In this document: positions 27,765 through 39,800 of the stretch, piece by piece
Position numbering within the stretch: position 1 is the stretch's first letter
Layout of the letters: the number at the start of each line of letters is the position of its first letter
Assembly (NCBI GenBank): GCA_041178425.1
Contig: JBEGVH010000041.1
Location: forward strand, 1-43,446
Length of the DNA stretch: 43,446 nucleotides
DNA from: Pseudomonadota bacterium
GTDB lineage: Bacteria > Bdellovibrionota > Bdellovibrionia > Bdellovibrionales > Bdellovibrionaceae
Direction of reading: 5' to 3'
Translations under genes and position numbers: made by a program
The notes under the pieces: generated by a model
Database searches by the model: none
What the model was told of the DNA's origin: nothing
Seen by the model: the letters and a program-made list of their open reading frames with translations, nothing else

Positions 27765-27995
27765 TTAGTGACCTTGAGTTGGTGCAGCTTCAGCAGCAGG
27801 TGCAGCTTCAGCAGCAGGTGCAACTTCAGCAGCAGGAGCAGCTTCAGTAGGAGCAGCAGCAGTTGCTTCAGCAGGAGCTGGAGCAGCAGGTGCAGCTTGT
27901 TCTTGAGCAGCTTCAGGAGCTGGTTGGTTTTTTGAACAAGTAAAACCAGTAGTAAAAGCAAGTGCCACGAGGGCAGCAATAACAACAGCTTTCAT
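27765..27995 (-). CDS. Small exported Ala/Pro/Glu-rich protein, possible lipoprotein
   Basis: Signal MKAVVIAALVALAFTTGFT-C; (EAAPAA)n tail; AAGGA SD; own terminator; strong GCT/GCA codon bias. Confidence 0.85.
   Translation of the reverse strand: MKAVVIAALVALAFTTGFTCSKNQPAPEAAQEQAAPAAPAPAEATAAAPTEAAPAAEVAPAAEAAPAAEAAPTQGH
27781..27852 (-). repeat. 18-nt tandem repeat encoding (EAAPAA)n
   Basis: GGTGCAGCTTCAGCAGCA x2 exact, plus 2 degenerate copies (+ strand). Confidence 0.85.
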
Positions 27996-28155
27996 TTATT
28001 TTCCTTTCGTGCGCACTTAAGGCGCTATTAACCTTTTTTTGGTATGCAAAAAGTTATCGCAAAGGCTTTTTTTAAATGCAAACAGAAATTTTGTAGTTTT
28101 CACAATTTACCTGTTTTTTTTCTCATTTTTTAGGCATTCCCCCGGACAACTCCCT

Positions 28156-29127
28156 CTACGAATCGGCAGGATGCACAGGGTCTAAACAAATCTCTCCCTC
28201 TTGTTCAATTTCTATTGTTAGTTCGCACGGACCTAAGCTTTGGAGGAGAGATCGACTCTTCTGTTTGACGACCGAAATTGGAGCGCCTTCTGCGACGACC
28301 AAATGAGCCGTGGCAATATGAAAGCCTTGGTCCAGCTCCCAAACGTGCACATGATGCACACCTTTCACACCTTCGACCTCGCCTAAGAGAGCTGACACCT
28401 TAGAAACCGAAAAATGGGAGCTCGAACCAAGCATTAGAAGCCGACCAATCACTTTCATTTGGCCAAAGCTCTGCCACAAAATATAGAAGGCTAAAAATAC
28501 GGATAACAAAGGGTCTAGCCAGTACCAAGAATAAAGATAAATCGCGATGGCTCCTATAAAAACAATAACCCAACCCCAGAGATCCTCAAGGAGGTGAAGG
28601 CTAACCAACCGCTCCCCTACTCCCCCTTGGGAGCGTAGGCGATAAAAAGCAAAACCATTGACCGTAACGCCGACCACCGCCAATGCCATCATCAATGGAC
28701 CATTAACTGGATGAGGATTGAGCACCAGAGGAAGGCTGCTACCTAAGATAATAATACAACCCACCATTAAGCTCAGACCAACTATAGAAGCACCGATAAT
28801 ATTCAGTCGACGATATCCAAAAGAGTAAACCTCGCCCGCAGGCCTTGAGGCCATCCAGCGGAGGGTAATCAGTAATAGGAGCGATAGGCTATCGCCAAAA
28901 TCATGGAGAGCATCGGCCATCACAGCCTGACTTGAAGCATAAAAACCACCCAAAGCCTCAACCACACAAAATCCAAAGTTTAAGAGAAAGGCAATGATCA
29001 AAGCAGAGAACTTACCTTCTTTTGCGTGATGATGATGATGATGATGATCGCCGTGGTGATGGGCTCCGTCGTGAGGAGCATGCGAGGCGTGTCCATGGGA
29101 ATGGGTATGATTGTGTGACATACCCAT
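28156..29127 (-). CDS. Cation diffusion facilitator (CzcD/ZitB-like Zn/Co/Cd exporter)
   Basis: His-rich N-terminus, ADALHD, YSFGYRR, HLLED, DP.LS, HHVHVW; true start may be 29121. Confidence 0.92.
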   Translation of the reverse strand: MGMSHNHTHSHGHASHAPHDGAHHHGDHHHHHHHAKEGKFSALIIAFLLNFGFCVVEALGGFYASSQAVMADALHDFGDSLSLLLLITLRWMASRPAGEVYSFGYRRLNIIGASIVGLSLMVGCIIILGSSLPLVLNPHPVNGPLMMALAVVGVTVNGFAFYRLRSQGGVGERLVSLHLLEDLWGWVIVFIGAIAIYLYSWYWLDPLLSVFLAFYILWQSFGQMKVIGRLLMLGSSSHFSVSKVSALLGEVEGVKGVHHVHVWELDQGFHIATAHLVVAEGAPISVVKQKSRSLLQSLGPCELTIEIEQEGEICLDPVHPADS

Positions 29128-29186
29128 TAATTTAACCCAAATCAGTAAGAGTTCAACGGTTTAGGTGCGATCAAGTTGAAGGTGAA

Positions 29187-30308
29187 CTAAAACTTGAATT
29201 TGCTTCGGAAGGTCAACTGCACCCCCCAAACATTATTTGTTGAATCCAATCGTTCTTGCCCACGCAAGGCCGGCATTGATGGCATCCAAATGACTAAAGG
29301 TGTGATTGACATTTGATCATTCGCTTTATAGCGCCCATACACGCGGACTTCTTGAAAGCTTCCACCTTCATTTTCTACTTGTCGTCCGAAGCTATTCTCT
29401 CGAAGAGAGGAGCCCACTTGCCCGTAAATGAACTCGGCCCCTAAACGCTGCCAATCTGGGATTTCTATGAGTCCTTTGACTGCCCAAGTGTGCCCACCCG
29501 AAATTTTTGTCTGAAAACCATCCGAACCTTGCATGAGTCCCGCATTACTGTAAAGGGCTCCATTATTTAAATCCTGAGCCGACCCAAAGGCCCCTAAATA
29601 ATGCTGATAGAGTCCATTCATTGTTATTGGATCGTTGAGGGCCTCAGGAGAAACATTTAGTTTTTCATTAAGGGTTCTTTCTCCAAAATAGAGATAACTC
29701 ATCTCAGCACCGATGAGAACTTTTCCAGTTCTTACCGTCATGGCCACTTCCGGTCGAACGCTCCAACCTCCGCGGTAGAAGTTTCCCTTGGCTGACTCTT
29801 TTTCGAGGGACACCTCTCTCTCCAAACTGGCAGGACCTAAACTTGGAGAAAACGTTAGCGCCATGCGAAAGTTTCCATTGCGCCAAGGAATATGATGACC
29901 AATAAAAAATTCGGGGTCGGCCAGTCCCGATTCATCATAGAGCTCGGCTTCCCAGCGATTGGCAAAACCAGCCGTTGCTCCAAAATAAGTATAGCGGGAT
30001 AAGGCTGCTGCATAACGTAAGCGCAAAAGAGTTTCTTGATTGGATGTACTGAAAGAACCTAATCCCATGGTGTCAAAGGGATTTGTCATTCCCTCCCAGC
30101 TCTTACCAAGGGTTTCAATATCAAAAAGATGGACGCCCTTCTGTAAATTAATTTGATTGACGGGAATGAGCTCCCCGAGAAGCGGAGTTTCGCTGCGTTT
30201 CCAATAATCGGAGCCGACAGTGCTCAATTGATTTTGGGCCATCCCCAGTGTTGAAACCAAGCTAATAGCCAATGCAATAAATAAGGGACGCAGGCGTTTT
30301 TTTTCCAT
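29187..30308 (-). CDS. Putative outer-membrane beta-barrel protein
   Basis: Signal peptide from MEKKRLRP...GMA; alternating amphipathic strands; C-terminal ...GVQLTFRSKFKF beta-signal ending in Phe. Confidence 0.7.
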   Translation of the reverse strand: MEKKRLRPLFIALAISLVSTLGMAQNQLSTVGSDYWKRSETPLLGELIPVNQINLQKGVHLFDIETLGKSWEGMTNPFDTMGLGSFSTSNQETLLRLRYAAALSRYTYFGATAGFANRWEAELYDESGLADPEFFIGHHIPWRNGNFRMALTFSPSLGPASLEREVSLEKESAKGNFYRGGWSVRPEVAMTVRTGKVLIGAEMSYLYFGERTLNEKLNVSPEALNDPITMNGLYQHYLGAFGSAQDLNNGALYSNAGLMQGSDGFQTKISGGHTWAVKGLIEIPDWQRLGAEFIYGQVGSSLRENSFGRQVENEGGSFQEVRVYGRYKANDQMSITPLVIWMPSMPALRGQERLDSTNNVWGVQLTFRSKFKF

Positions 30309-30310
30309 AA

Positions 30311-30502
30311 CTACATAAAGAGCAAGGCCAATGCCACCAAGAAGAGCCCTAATAACCAATAAAATTGATTTAGATGCAACGAGAGCGTCAAAGTTATTAA
30401 CAGATCGATCACTGAGGGGCCATAGACATCCGCCAATGCTGACATGCCGATCGTCAAACTAGATAACTGATACAATTTATTCTTTTTTATGAACCCCAGC
30501 AC
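30311..30502 (-). CDS. Small hydrophobic membrane protein (63 aa), tentative
   Basis: GTG start, strongly hydrophobic C-terminus, stop 2 nt before the barrel ATG. Confidence 0.4.
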   Translation of the reverse strand: MLGFIKKNKLYQLSSLTIGMSALADVYGPSVIDLLITLTLSLHLNQFYWLLGLFLVALALLFM

Positions 30503-30827
30503 TTACGACTTTCAGTGCTCTAAAATATTTTCAATTTCTTCAATGCAACAAAATAATTTTTGTTGATTCAATCCGGTTCAACTCTGATTTTTTTGAAAAC
30601 TCTTTTTTTGTTTAACAAATATTATCTGTTTAAATCTGATTCGCCCTTTTGATCAACTTTGCGCAATTTGAAAACAGGCACTTCGTCGGTTTCTCTCAAC
30701 GTTAATCGCCTCTTATACGAGCAACTACTCACTTTAAAACACGACCAAATGTCTAACACGAAGTTTCATTTTTCTGATTTGTCTCAACCCGAGTCGAGAT
30801 TTTTGCTGGACCCCCCAGTTGACACCT

Positions 30828-30854
30828 TAAGTCTAATCGAAGCTCTGCCGATAG
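30828..30854 (+). promoter_or_regulatory. sigma28 (FliA)-type promoter for the giant fibre gene
   Basis: TAAG-N15-GCCGATAG versus consensus TAAA-N15-GCCGATAA, 8 nt before ATG 30863. Confidence 0.7.
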
Positions 30855-30862
30855 GTTAAGTG

Positions 30863-33800
30863 ATGCAAAGGATTGGTTTAGAAAAACTTTTTATGAATAA
30901 GAAAACTCTCACCGCGAATAAGAAATTTGCGATGGGCAACCTTTTAGTGATGTGGTTAATTCTTCTTATCTCGAATTACACTCACGCCGCCGACTACGGC
31001 GTCACTTATCAAGGAAAAATCGTTACCGATGCAGGACGCCCGCTCGTCGCCTCTAAAGTTGATTTCACTCTGAGAATTTTAGAATCCCGATCAAATTGTT
31101 TACTTTATAGTGAAAAACAATCGATCGACATGTCGTCTGGCGATGGAACCTTCTACTTGATTTTAGGTAAGGGCACGAGGATCGACAACGAACATTCGCT
31201 CGCTTTCGAAAAAATCTTCGATCCGGGTGCTCAACTTCCGGTCTCCTTAAACTGTCCACTGGGTTACGCTAAACAGCCTGGCGATGGTATGCGCTTGATG
31301 GCCTACTTCAACGCCGGCACTGGCCCGCAGGTTTTACGTCCTCTCGATATTAACCCGACTCCACTGAGTATTGACACAGTCAACGTGGGTGGTGTTTCAA
31401 GTTCGAATGTTCTAAGAGTCTCTGATGGCACGGCCGCCCCCATGACAGCGGCGAATTTGACCTACCTCACTTCAATACTTGCAAAAAACGGAACTATTAT
31501 AAGTAATGGAGTGTCAACTCGCGATCTTACTCTCGCTAATACCACGAACAATCAAGTTATGCTTAAGGCGCCAGAGGGTTCGTTTTCGAATTTCTCAATC
31601 GGGCTTCCTTCAAGTTCGGGTACCCAAGGGCAATTACTTTCTGCCGATGGTAGCGGTAACCTCGTTTGGTCGAACCCTCAGGGTGGCGGTACGGTTCTAT
31701 CGGTCACAGCAGGAACCGGACTTTCGGGCGGAACCATCACAAGCGTGGGTACCATAGGGCTTGCAGACACAGCTGTAACCCCCGGAACCTATGGTGGTAA
31801 CGGAGCCGTTCCTACTTTTACAGTCGATGCTCAAGGTCGAATCACATCAGCGAGCAATGCGGGAATTCCGAATGCTGATGCGACCAACTCAGGTTTATTA
31901 ACCACCGAAGACTGGAATAGATTTAACAATATGGTTCCGCTCACTGGTGGAACAATGACAGGAATGCTTCAACTTCCGAGCGGTGGTCTTCGCATCGGGG
32001 CCAATCAGTTCTACATGAACGGCAACAAGATCGGTCTCGGCACGACAACACCAACAGCCATTCTCCATTTGGGATCATCCGTTGGCTACCCCGCCATGAA
32101 ATTTACGGCCACGACACCAATAACTACGCCCGAAGCGGGCTCTCTTGAATACGACGGAACAAATCTCTTATTAACTGATAGCACTGGTCAAAGAACCGCC
32201 TTGGGCTTTGCTGGCCAGGGCATCGGCACCTTAATTGGTGACGTGAGCGCCACAGGTAATGGAACCGCGAATGCCATCGTTAACTCGGTAGGTGGATCGA
32301 CCGCCAACGAAATTCGAACGGCTGAACGCGCAGTGAATGTTACAGCAACAGCTAATAGCACGGCTTCCACACTGGTTAAGCGGGATGCTAGCGGTGGTGC
32401 TGCCTTTAAAGCTGTAAAAATTGATAATGTGGGTGGCAACAGCGTCACCTTAAAGTCGCCGCTGGCCCTCACAAGTTATGATATTACTTGGCCGAGTGCC
32501 GTTCCTGGAGCCGCTAATAGCGTTCTCCTTTCAGATACGAATGGAACTCTTTCTTGGGGCGATATTAGCAACATCACGGGAACTGTTGACCTCTCCAGCA
32601 ATAAAGTCACTGGTGTTCTTCCGATCGCCAATGGTGGTACGAATTCAAACACGGCACTCACTAATAACCAATTAATGGTGTCTGATAATGGCGCCATTAA
32701 AGAGTTTGGGGCGATGACCGATGGCCAAGTGATCGTTGGTAAAACAGGGTTTGCCCCTCAAAAAGTCGCGCTCTCAGGCGATATCAGTATCGATAACACA
32801 GGCGCAACCACAGTGAACTCTATCGCGGGTACCGCTGTGTCTGGTGTTGGTCTTGCCACTAACAACGTTTTACAAAATACTTCCGGTAGCGCTATTCCTG
32901 CAAACAGCCTTCTTATCACCAATGGCACAGGCACCGGCGTCACTGGATTATCCACCGGAGTGAATGGGGCGCTCGTTTCTGTGGGTGGTGTTTTACAATG
33001 GCAGGTTTTAACCGCCCAACTATTAGGTCTCGGTAACGTTGAAAACGTTGCCATCTCGACGTGGCCGGGCTCTGCCAACATCACAACCGTTGGAACCATT
33101 GGTAGCGGCACTTGGCAAGGTTCAGCCGTAGGGCCCACTTATGGTGGTACGGGCCAAACCACTTATGCCACGGGAGATATGCTCTACGGTAGCGCTCCAA
33201 ACACTCTTAGCAAATTATCCGGAAACACATCGACAACCACTAAATTTATGGCGCAAACCGGAGATGGCACCAACTCTGCCGCGCCAGTATGGTCGACAGT
33301 TTCAAAAAGCGACGTTGGTTTGGGAAATGTTGAAAACCAGGCTCTCTCCACTTGGACCGGCACCAACACAATTACAACCCTTGGAACAATTACCACGGGC
33401 ACATGGAATGGTTCAACGATCGCTCTCGACAAGGGTGGTACGGGGGCGACTGATGCTGCGACAGCAAGAACAAATTTAGGCGCTGCTGTGGCTGGAGCCA
33501 ACGGAGATATCACTTCTCTTACCGCTACGACATCAATTACGAGCACAGATATTTTGGCTTTGGCTTCCTCCACCGATAAAGACATCACAATCACTCCCGG
33601 TGGAAATGGCAACACTATTATTGGCGGCAATGTTGGAATTGGCTCTGCGGCACCCACTAACAAGTTAGAAGTCGTTGGCACTAATGGGACAACCGTCAAA
33701 ATCGTGGATGGCAACCAGGGTGTCAATAAAGTCCTCACCTCTGATGCCGACGGGGTCGCTCGATGGGCTGATTTACCAACGTCAGCACCCTCCACCGCTG

Positions 33801-36800
33801 GTACAGCTATCCTTAAGGGTAACGGCAGTGGTGGCTTTGCAGCGGCAGTTGTAAACACTGATTATCTTGGAATCACCGGACACACAAGCGTAACGACACT
33901 TGGTACAGTCACTACTGGTACTTGGAATGCAACCACGATCACTTCTGCGAAGGGTGGTACCGGACAGACCAGTTATAGCTTGGGCGACATCCTCTTCGGT
34001 AACGCTGGAGGCTCACTCAGCAAACTCACTGGTAACACTTCGGCAAATAAACAATTTTTATCTCAAACGGGCAACACTGTAACTTCGAACGCTCCCGTTT
34101 GGTCGAGTGTTTCTAAATCTGATGTGGGCTTAAGCAACGTCGAAAACACAGCTCTTTCCACTTGGACGGGCACAAACACGATCACTACATTAGGAACGAT
34201 CTCCACTGGTACCTGGAATGCCACAACCATCGCTGTAAATAAGGGCGGTACCGGAGCCACTGATCCTGCAGCGGCGAGAACAAACCTTAATGCCGCAGTC
34301 AAAGGCGCGAATGATGACATCACTTCACTGACAGGCGCCAACTCCATCACCAGCCCTTCTGCTCTTAATTTGGAGTCGGCTGCTAACCAAAATGTGAATC
34401 TTTCACCGGGCGCAAATGGTTTTGTTAATTTTAACAGCAGCGCCATGATGGGCACCAACGATCCAACTTTTAATACGGGTGCTTATCAAACACAAAACCG
34501 CATTTTCGCCATCAGTGGCGACGGCAGCGGAAGTGCACAATCCACTGGTATACTGGCCCTTGGCAACAATCGTCCCACTCCAGCCCCAGATGACGTGGCT
34601 GGTAGCATTGACTTCATCTCCAGCGGCAATGGAACTGGTCTCGCGCAACTTGGCGCGCGAATTAAGTCGATTGTTAAAGGCGATGGTGGAACTAATGGGT
34701 ACGGCCAAGATATCGCCTTTTATACCAAGGGCGATGATGCTGCTGTTATTTCGGAAAGAATGCGTATCGCTAATAATGGATATGTCGGTATCGGCACGTC
34801 TTCTCCAACGGCAAAACTAGAGGTCGTTGGGGGCGTTGGCGTTAAACCATTAAAAATCGTTGATGGCAGCGAAGGCAATGGCAAGGTCCTTACTTCAGAT
34901 GCAACAGGTAATGCCACTTGGCAAGCTCCAACAATTGGCGCACCGCCTACCTCAGGAACTTCAATTTTAAAAGGTGACGGTTTGGGTGGCTTTAATAGTG
35001 CCGTTGTGGGTGTTGACTATCTTGGCGCCTCGGGCGGCCCCACACTCACGACCGCCGGTACCATCACCACCGGAACATGGAATGCGACGGCGATCAGCCC
35101 TGCTTTTGGTGGTACTGGAATTACTACTTATAACATTGGTGATATGGTTTATGCCAACGGAACAAGTACCTTTCAAAAAATTGGTGGTAACCAAACTAAC
35201 AGCACCATGTTCCTTTCTCAAACAGGAAATGGTTCACTCCCAGGCGCCCCCGTTTGGAGAGGTATCACAAAGACAGACGTTGGTCTATCGAACGTCGAAA
35301 ACACCGCTCTTTCAACATGGGCGGGTTCAAGCAACATAACCACTCTGGGAACTATTACCACTGGTACATGGAATGGCTCAACGATTGCCGTTAATAAGGG
35401 TGGTACCGGCGCAACCGATGCGGGAGTTGCTCGTACAAACCTCGGTGCGGCGGCATCGGGTGCGAATGGCGACATTACATCACTAACAGCAACAACAAGC
35501 ATTACTAGTACAGCGGCCCTTGCGCTTAATTCAGCGGCCAACGAGAACATCACACTTTCTCCAGGTGGTTCGGGAAAAACAGTTGTTAATAGCAACATGG
35601 GCATCGGCACGACAGATCCTTCTTTCGGAACCAGCCTCTACCCGCTTCCTGCTCGGGTCATGGGAGTGACCGGCGATGGTTCAGACGCCGACACTTCCAA
35701 TGGAGTGATTGCCTTGGCCAACAACCGCCCCACACCCGCTGCAGGCGACACCGTGGGAGCCCTCGACTTCGTATCGGTGAATAATGGTTCCGGTGCTGCT
35801 CGTATGGGCGCAAGAGTAAAATCAGTCCTCACCGGTGCGGGTGGATCAAACGGCTTCGGACAAGATTTGATCTTCTACACAAAAAATGACGATGCTGCTA
35901 CCGCTACCGAAAAAGTTCGCATTACTCAGGGTGGTAAAGTGGGTATCGGCACGAATGCCCCTGGCACCATGCTCGAAGTCGTAGGAACCAGTGGCAACAC
36001 CCTCAAAATCGTTGATGGAAATCAGGGCATTAATAAACATCTCGTCTCTGATGCCAATGGTGTGGCTTCTTGGGCTCCGATTCCAGCATCAGCGCCTCCG
36101 ACTGGTGGAAGTGCCATCCTCAAGGGCGATGGAGCTGGTGGTTTTACTAACGCTGTGGCCAACACAGATTATCTCAGCATTACTGGGGCGAACAGCGTTA
36201 CCACTCTCGGTACAATCACAACTGGCACATGGAACGGAACAAAAATCGATCCAGCGTATGGTGGAACAGGCATCACTAGTTACACCGCGGGGGATATGGT
36301 TTACGCTACTGGTGCGACCACTCTTGAAAAAATGGCAGGTAACGCCACTCTCACAAAGAAGTTTATGTCACAATCCGGATCAGGCTTTTTACCGAATGCG
36401 CCTGAATGGTCTACGGTCACTAAAGCAGATGTGGGTTTGAGCAACGTAGAAAACACCGCTCTCTCAACATGGCCAGGATCGGCTAACGTCAGCACGGTCG
36501 GAACCATCACGTCGGGCACATGGAATGGTACGGCTGTTGGGATCGGATACGGTGGTACGGGCGCGACTGATGCGGAAACAGCTCGATCGAATTTAGGCGT
36601 TGCAGTTAAAGGTTCTAACAACGACATCACGGCGTTAAATGCCACAACTCAGATCAACAGCCCTAATGCGCTCATCTTAAGATCAGGAACAGATCAAGAT
36701 ATTACGTTCGAGCCTGGCGGCGTTGGTACGACCATCATAAATTCAAACATCGCCGTTAACACGCTTGACCCCACATTCAGCACGGGTCTTTATAATTCAC

Positions 36801-39800
36801 CAACGCAAATTATGTCGATCACAGGCAAAGGAACTGCAAGCGCCACTTCTAACGGTGTCCTCGCCCTCGCTAACAACCGTGCTACTCCGACGGTCGGCGA
36901 CACTGTGGGTGCAGTAGATTTCATTTCTGTGGGTAACGGTTCTGGTGCAGCTCAACGAGGCGCACGTATTAATTCCATATTGACGGGTTCTGGCGGTGGC
37001 AATGGTTTTGGGCAAGACCTTATTTTCTACACCAAAGGTGATAATACCACGTCATCAAGTGAGCGTGTTCGCATCACTAACGCTGGTAAAGTGGGTATCG
37101 GCACAAACACTCCGAGCACAATGCTCGAGGTGAACGGTGGTAACGGAACAACTTTAAAAATTGTCGATGGCAATCAGGGTACTAATAAATACTTAAAATC
37201 TGATGCCAACGGGGTAGCTTCTTGGGCAACCATCCCCTCTTCTGCACCCCCAACCTCCGGTACAGCCATTCTTAAGGGCGATGGAGCTGGTGGAACATCA
37301 AGTGCTGTAGCGAACACTGATTATCTCTCAATCACTGGACACACGAGCGTAACAACTCTCGGTACCGTAACCACTGGTACATGGAATGCAACGACGATCG
37401 GAACTGGATACGGCGGAACCGGAAATACAACCTATGCTCTTGGCGATATTTTATTCGGCGATGCGAGCAACTCACTCACAAAACTTTCCGGTAATACTTC
37501 GGCCACGAAAAAATTCCTCTCACAACAGGGAACAGGTTCAGGGTCAGCCGCTCCTGTTTGGCTAGATGTTACTAAAACGGACGTTGGCCTCAGCAATGTC
37601 GAAAACACAGCCCTCTCCACTTGGCCTGGGTCAACGAATATCGTTTCAGTGGGAACAGTCACTTCTGGAACTTGGAGAGGAACGCCCGTCGAAGTTGCTT
37701 ATGGTGGAACGGGCGGTACTAACGCAACCTCAGCAAGAACGGCATTAAGTGCAGCAAAGAGTGGCGACAATAGTGATATCACGGGCCTAAACACCGTGCG
37801 TTCCATCACAAGCGATCAATCGCTTGCCTTACAATCGGCGAGCAATCAAAATATCGTTCTCACTCCTGGTGGAGCTGGCAACACGATCTTAAACGGAAAT
37901 ATCGGTGTTAATAACGCTAACCCGGCATATGCGTTTGATATGGTCGGCGCTACGATGAGAACAACTCGCTATTCTGCTGATGCAAATCCAGCCACGTTTA
38001 TCTTAGGTAAAGCTCGCGGAAACGCAGGCGGCGCCGCCGCTGCCGAATCGGCAGATGTGCTGGCTCAAATTTCGGCTCAAGGTTACGATGGAACGAGCTT
38101 CGCTGATGGTGGAATGATCCGCTTTAAAGCCACCGAAAACTTTGGCGGAGCCGCCAACGGTACATCGATTGAACTTTTAAACAAACCAAATGGCAGCACG
38201 ACTCTCACCTCGCGAATGTTTATCGGCCAAGATGGAAAAGTGGGTTTCGGAACTACAACTCCTGCTGCCAATTTAGAAGTAAAAGGCGACTTCCGCATCA
38301 ACGGAACGACTTCAGGCTATGTTGGATTTGCCTCTCAAGCCGCAGCGGGTTCAACCACATATACTTTCCCTACTGCTCCTACCAACGGGTACTTTTTATC
38401 TACAGATGCGACTGGTAACTTGAGCTGGTCGGTGCCGACCTTATCAACGGTCTCTGGTATTTTGCCAGTAGCCAATGGCGGAACGGGCGCTGCCACAGCC
38501 TCAGCAAATAAAATATTTGCTGGCCCAACAACTGGTGCTGATGCGGCTCCAAGTTATCGGTCACTGGTGGCAGCGGATATCCCTGCCGCGGCCGGTGATG
38601 TATCAGGTGCTTACTCAGCATTGGCCGTAGATAAAATTAAAGGCGTTCCACTTTCAATCACAACACCTGCTACTGGCAACTTCTTGAAGTACGATAGCGG
38701 AAACTGGGTAAACGCTAATATTACGGCGAGTGATATTGCATCCGGACAAGTTGCTATGGCGAATGGCGGCACCGGTGCGAATCTTACCGCTAATAATGGT
38801 GGAATCGTTTACACCGATGCGACTAAGATGGCGATTCTCAATGGAACCGCCACGTCAGGACTTCCCCTTCTCTCTGGTGCTAACGCTGCTCCCACTTGGG
38901 GCACGGTGAATCTTTCGGGTGGAAACGTATCGCTTCCTGCAACAGGCACTGTGTCCACGTCTGCGGGTAACCTCACTGTTCGTGGTGCGGCAGATACGAT
39001 CGTTGGTAACGACACTGTCACAGCAACCACTTCAATTTATGGTGGCGCTAACGGCGCAACCAACATGGTGCTTAACTCCACCGGTGTTGCGGTAGCTGGC
39101 AATGTAGCTGTTACAGGTAACGTCTCTGCCACAGGCAATATTAGCGCAACTAACTTTGTTCCAACAAGCGCAACAGTACCAACGAATGGTCTCTATCTCC
39201 CAGCTGCAAATACTGTTGGTATTGCCTCCAATACCACGGCTGCCGCTCGATTTACGGCTACCAATGCTATGGTGGCAGGAAAATTCGGAATTGGCTCAGC
39301 AACGACGGCTCCTAGTTATGATCTCGGCATCGATGGCACTGCGGCTCGCACCATGGGTGTCGAGCGTAACTCTGCGGGCGACGCAGGCGGAGCTCTCACC
39401 CTCACTGCTGGTGGTGCTGCTCTTAACTCGAGTGATAAAGCGGGCGGAGACCTAATTTTGGCTAGCGGAGTCTCAACCGGAACAGGCTCATCGAAGATTT
39501 CATTTCAAACATCGCCAGCCGGAGGTGCCGGATCAAGCGATAATGCTGCCGCCACTCGCATGACAATCCTTGGCAATGGTAATGTGGGTATTGGTACGAC
39601 AACACCAACAGCCCTTCTTGATGTTAAGGGAACAATGAGATTAAGTGGATCCACTTCTGGTTACGTGGGTTTGGCAACACAAGCAGCCGCTGGCAACACG
39701 ACCTATACTCTCCCCGCTGCCCCAACCGCGAATCACTTTTTACAAACAGATGCCAACGGTCAGTTAACATGGGCGGCTCCCAGTGTATCGACAGTCACTG

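Noticed and set aside
27686..27985. 99-aa Leu-rich minus-strand ORF
   Set aside because: Alternate-frame reading of the Ala/Pro repeat gene that runs through its terminator
30659..30859. 66-aa + ORF upstream of the fibre gene
   Set aside because: TTG start without SD, no motifs, and it overlaps the sigma28 promoter
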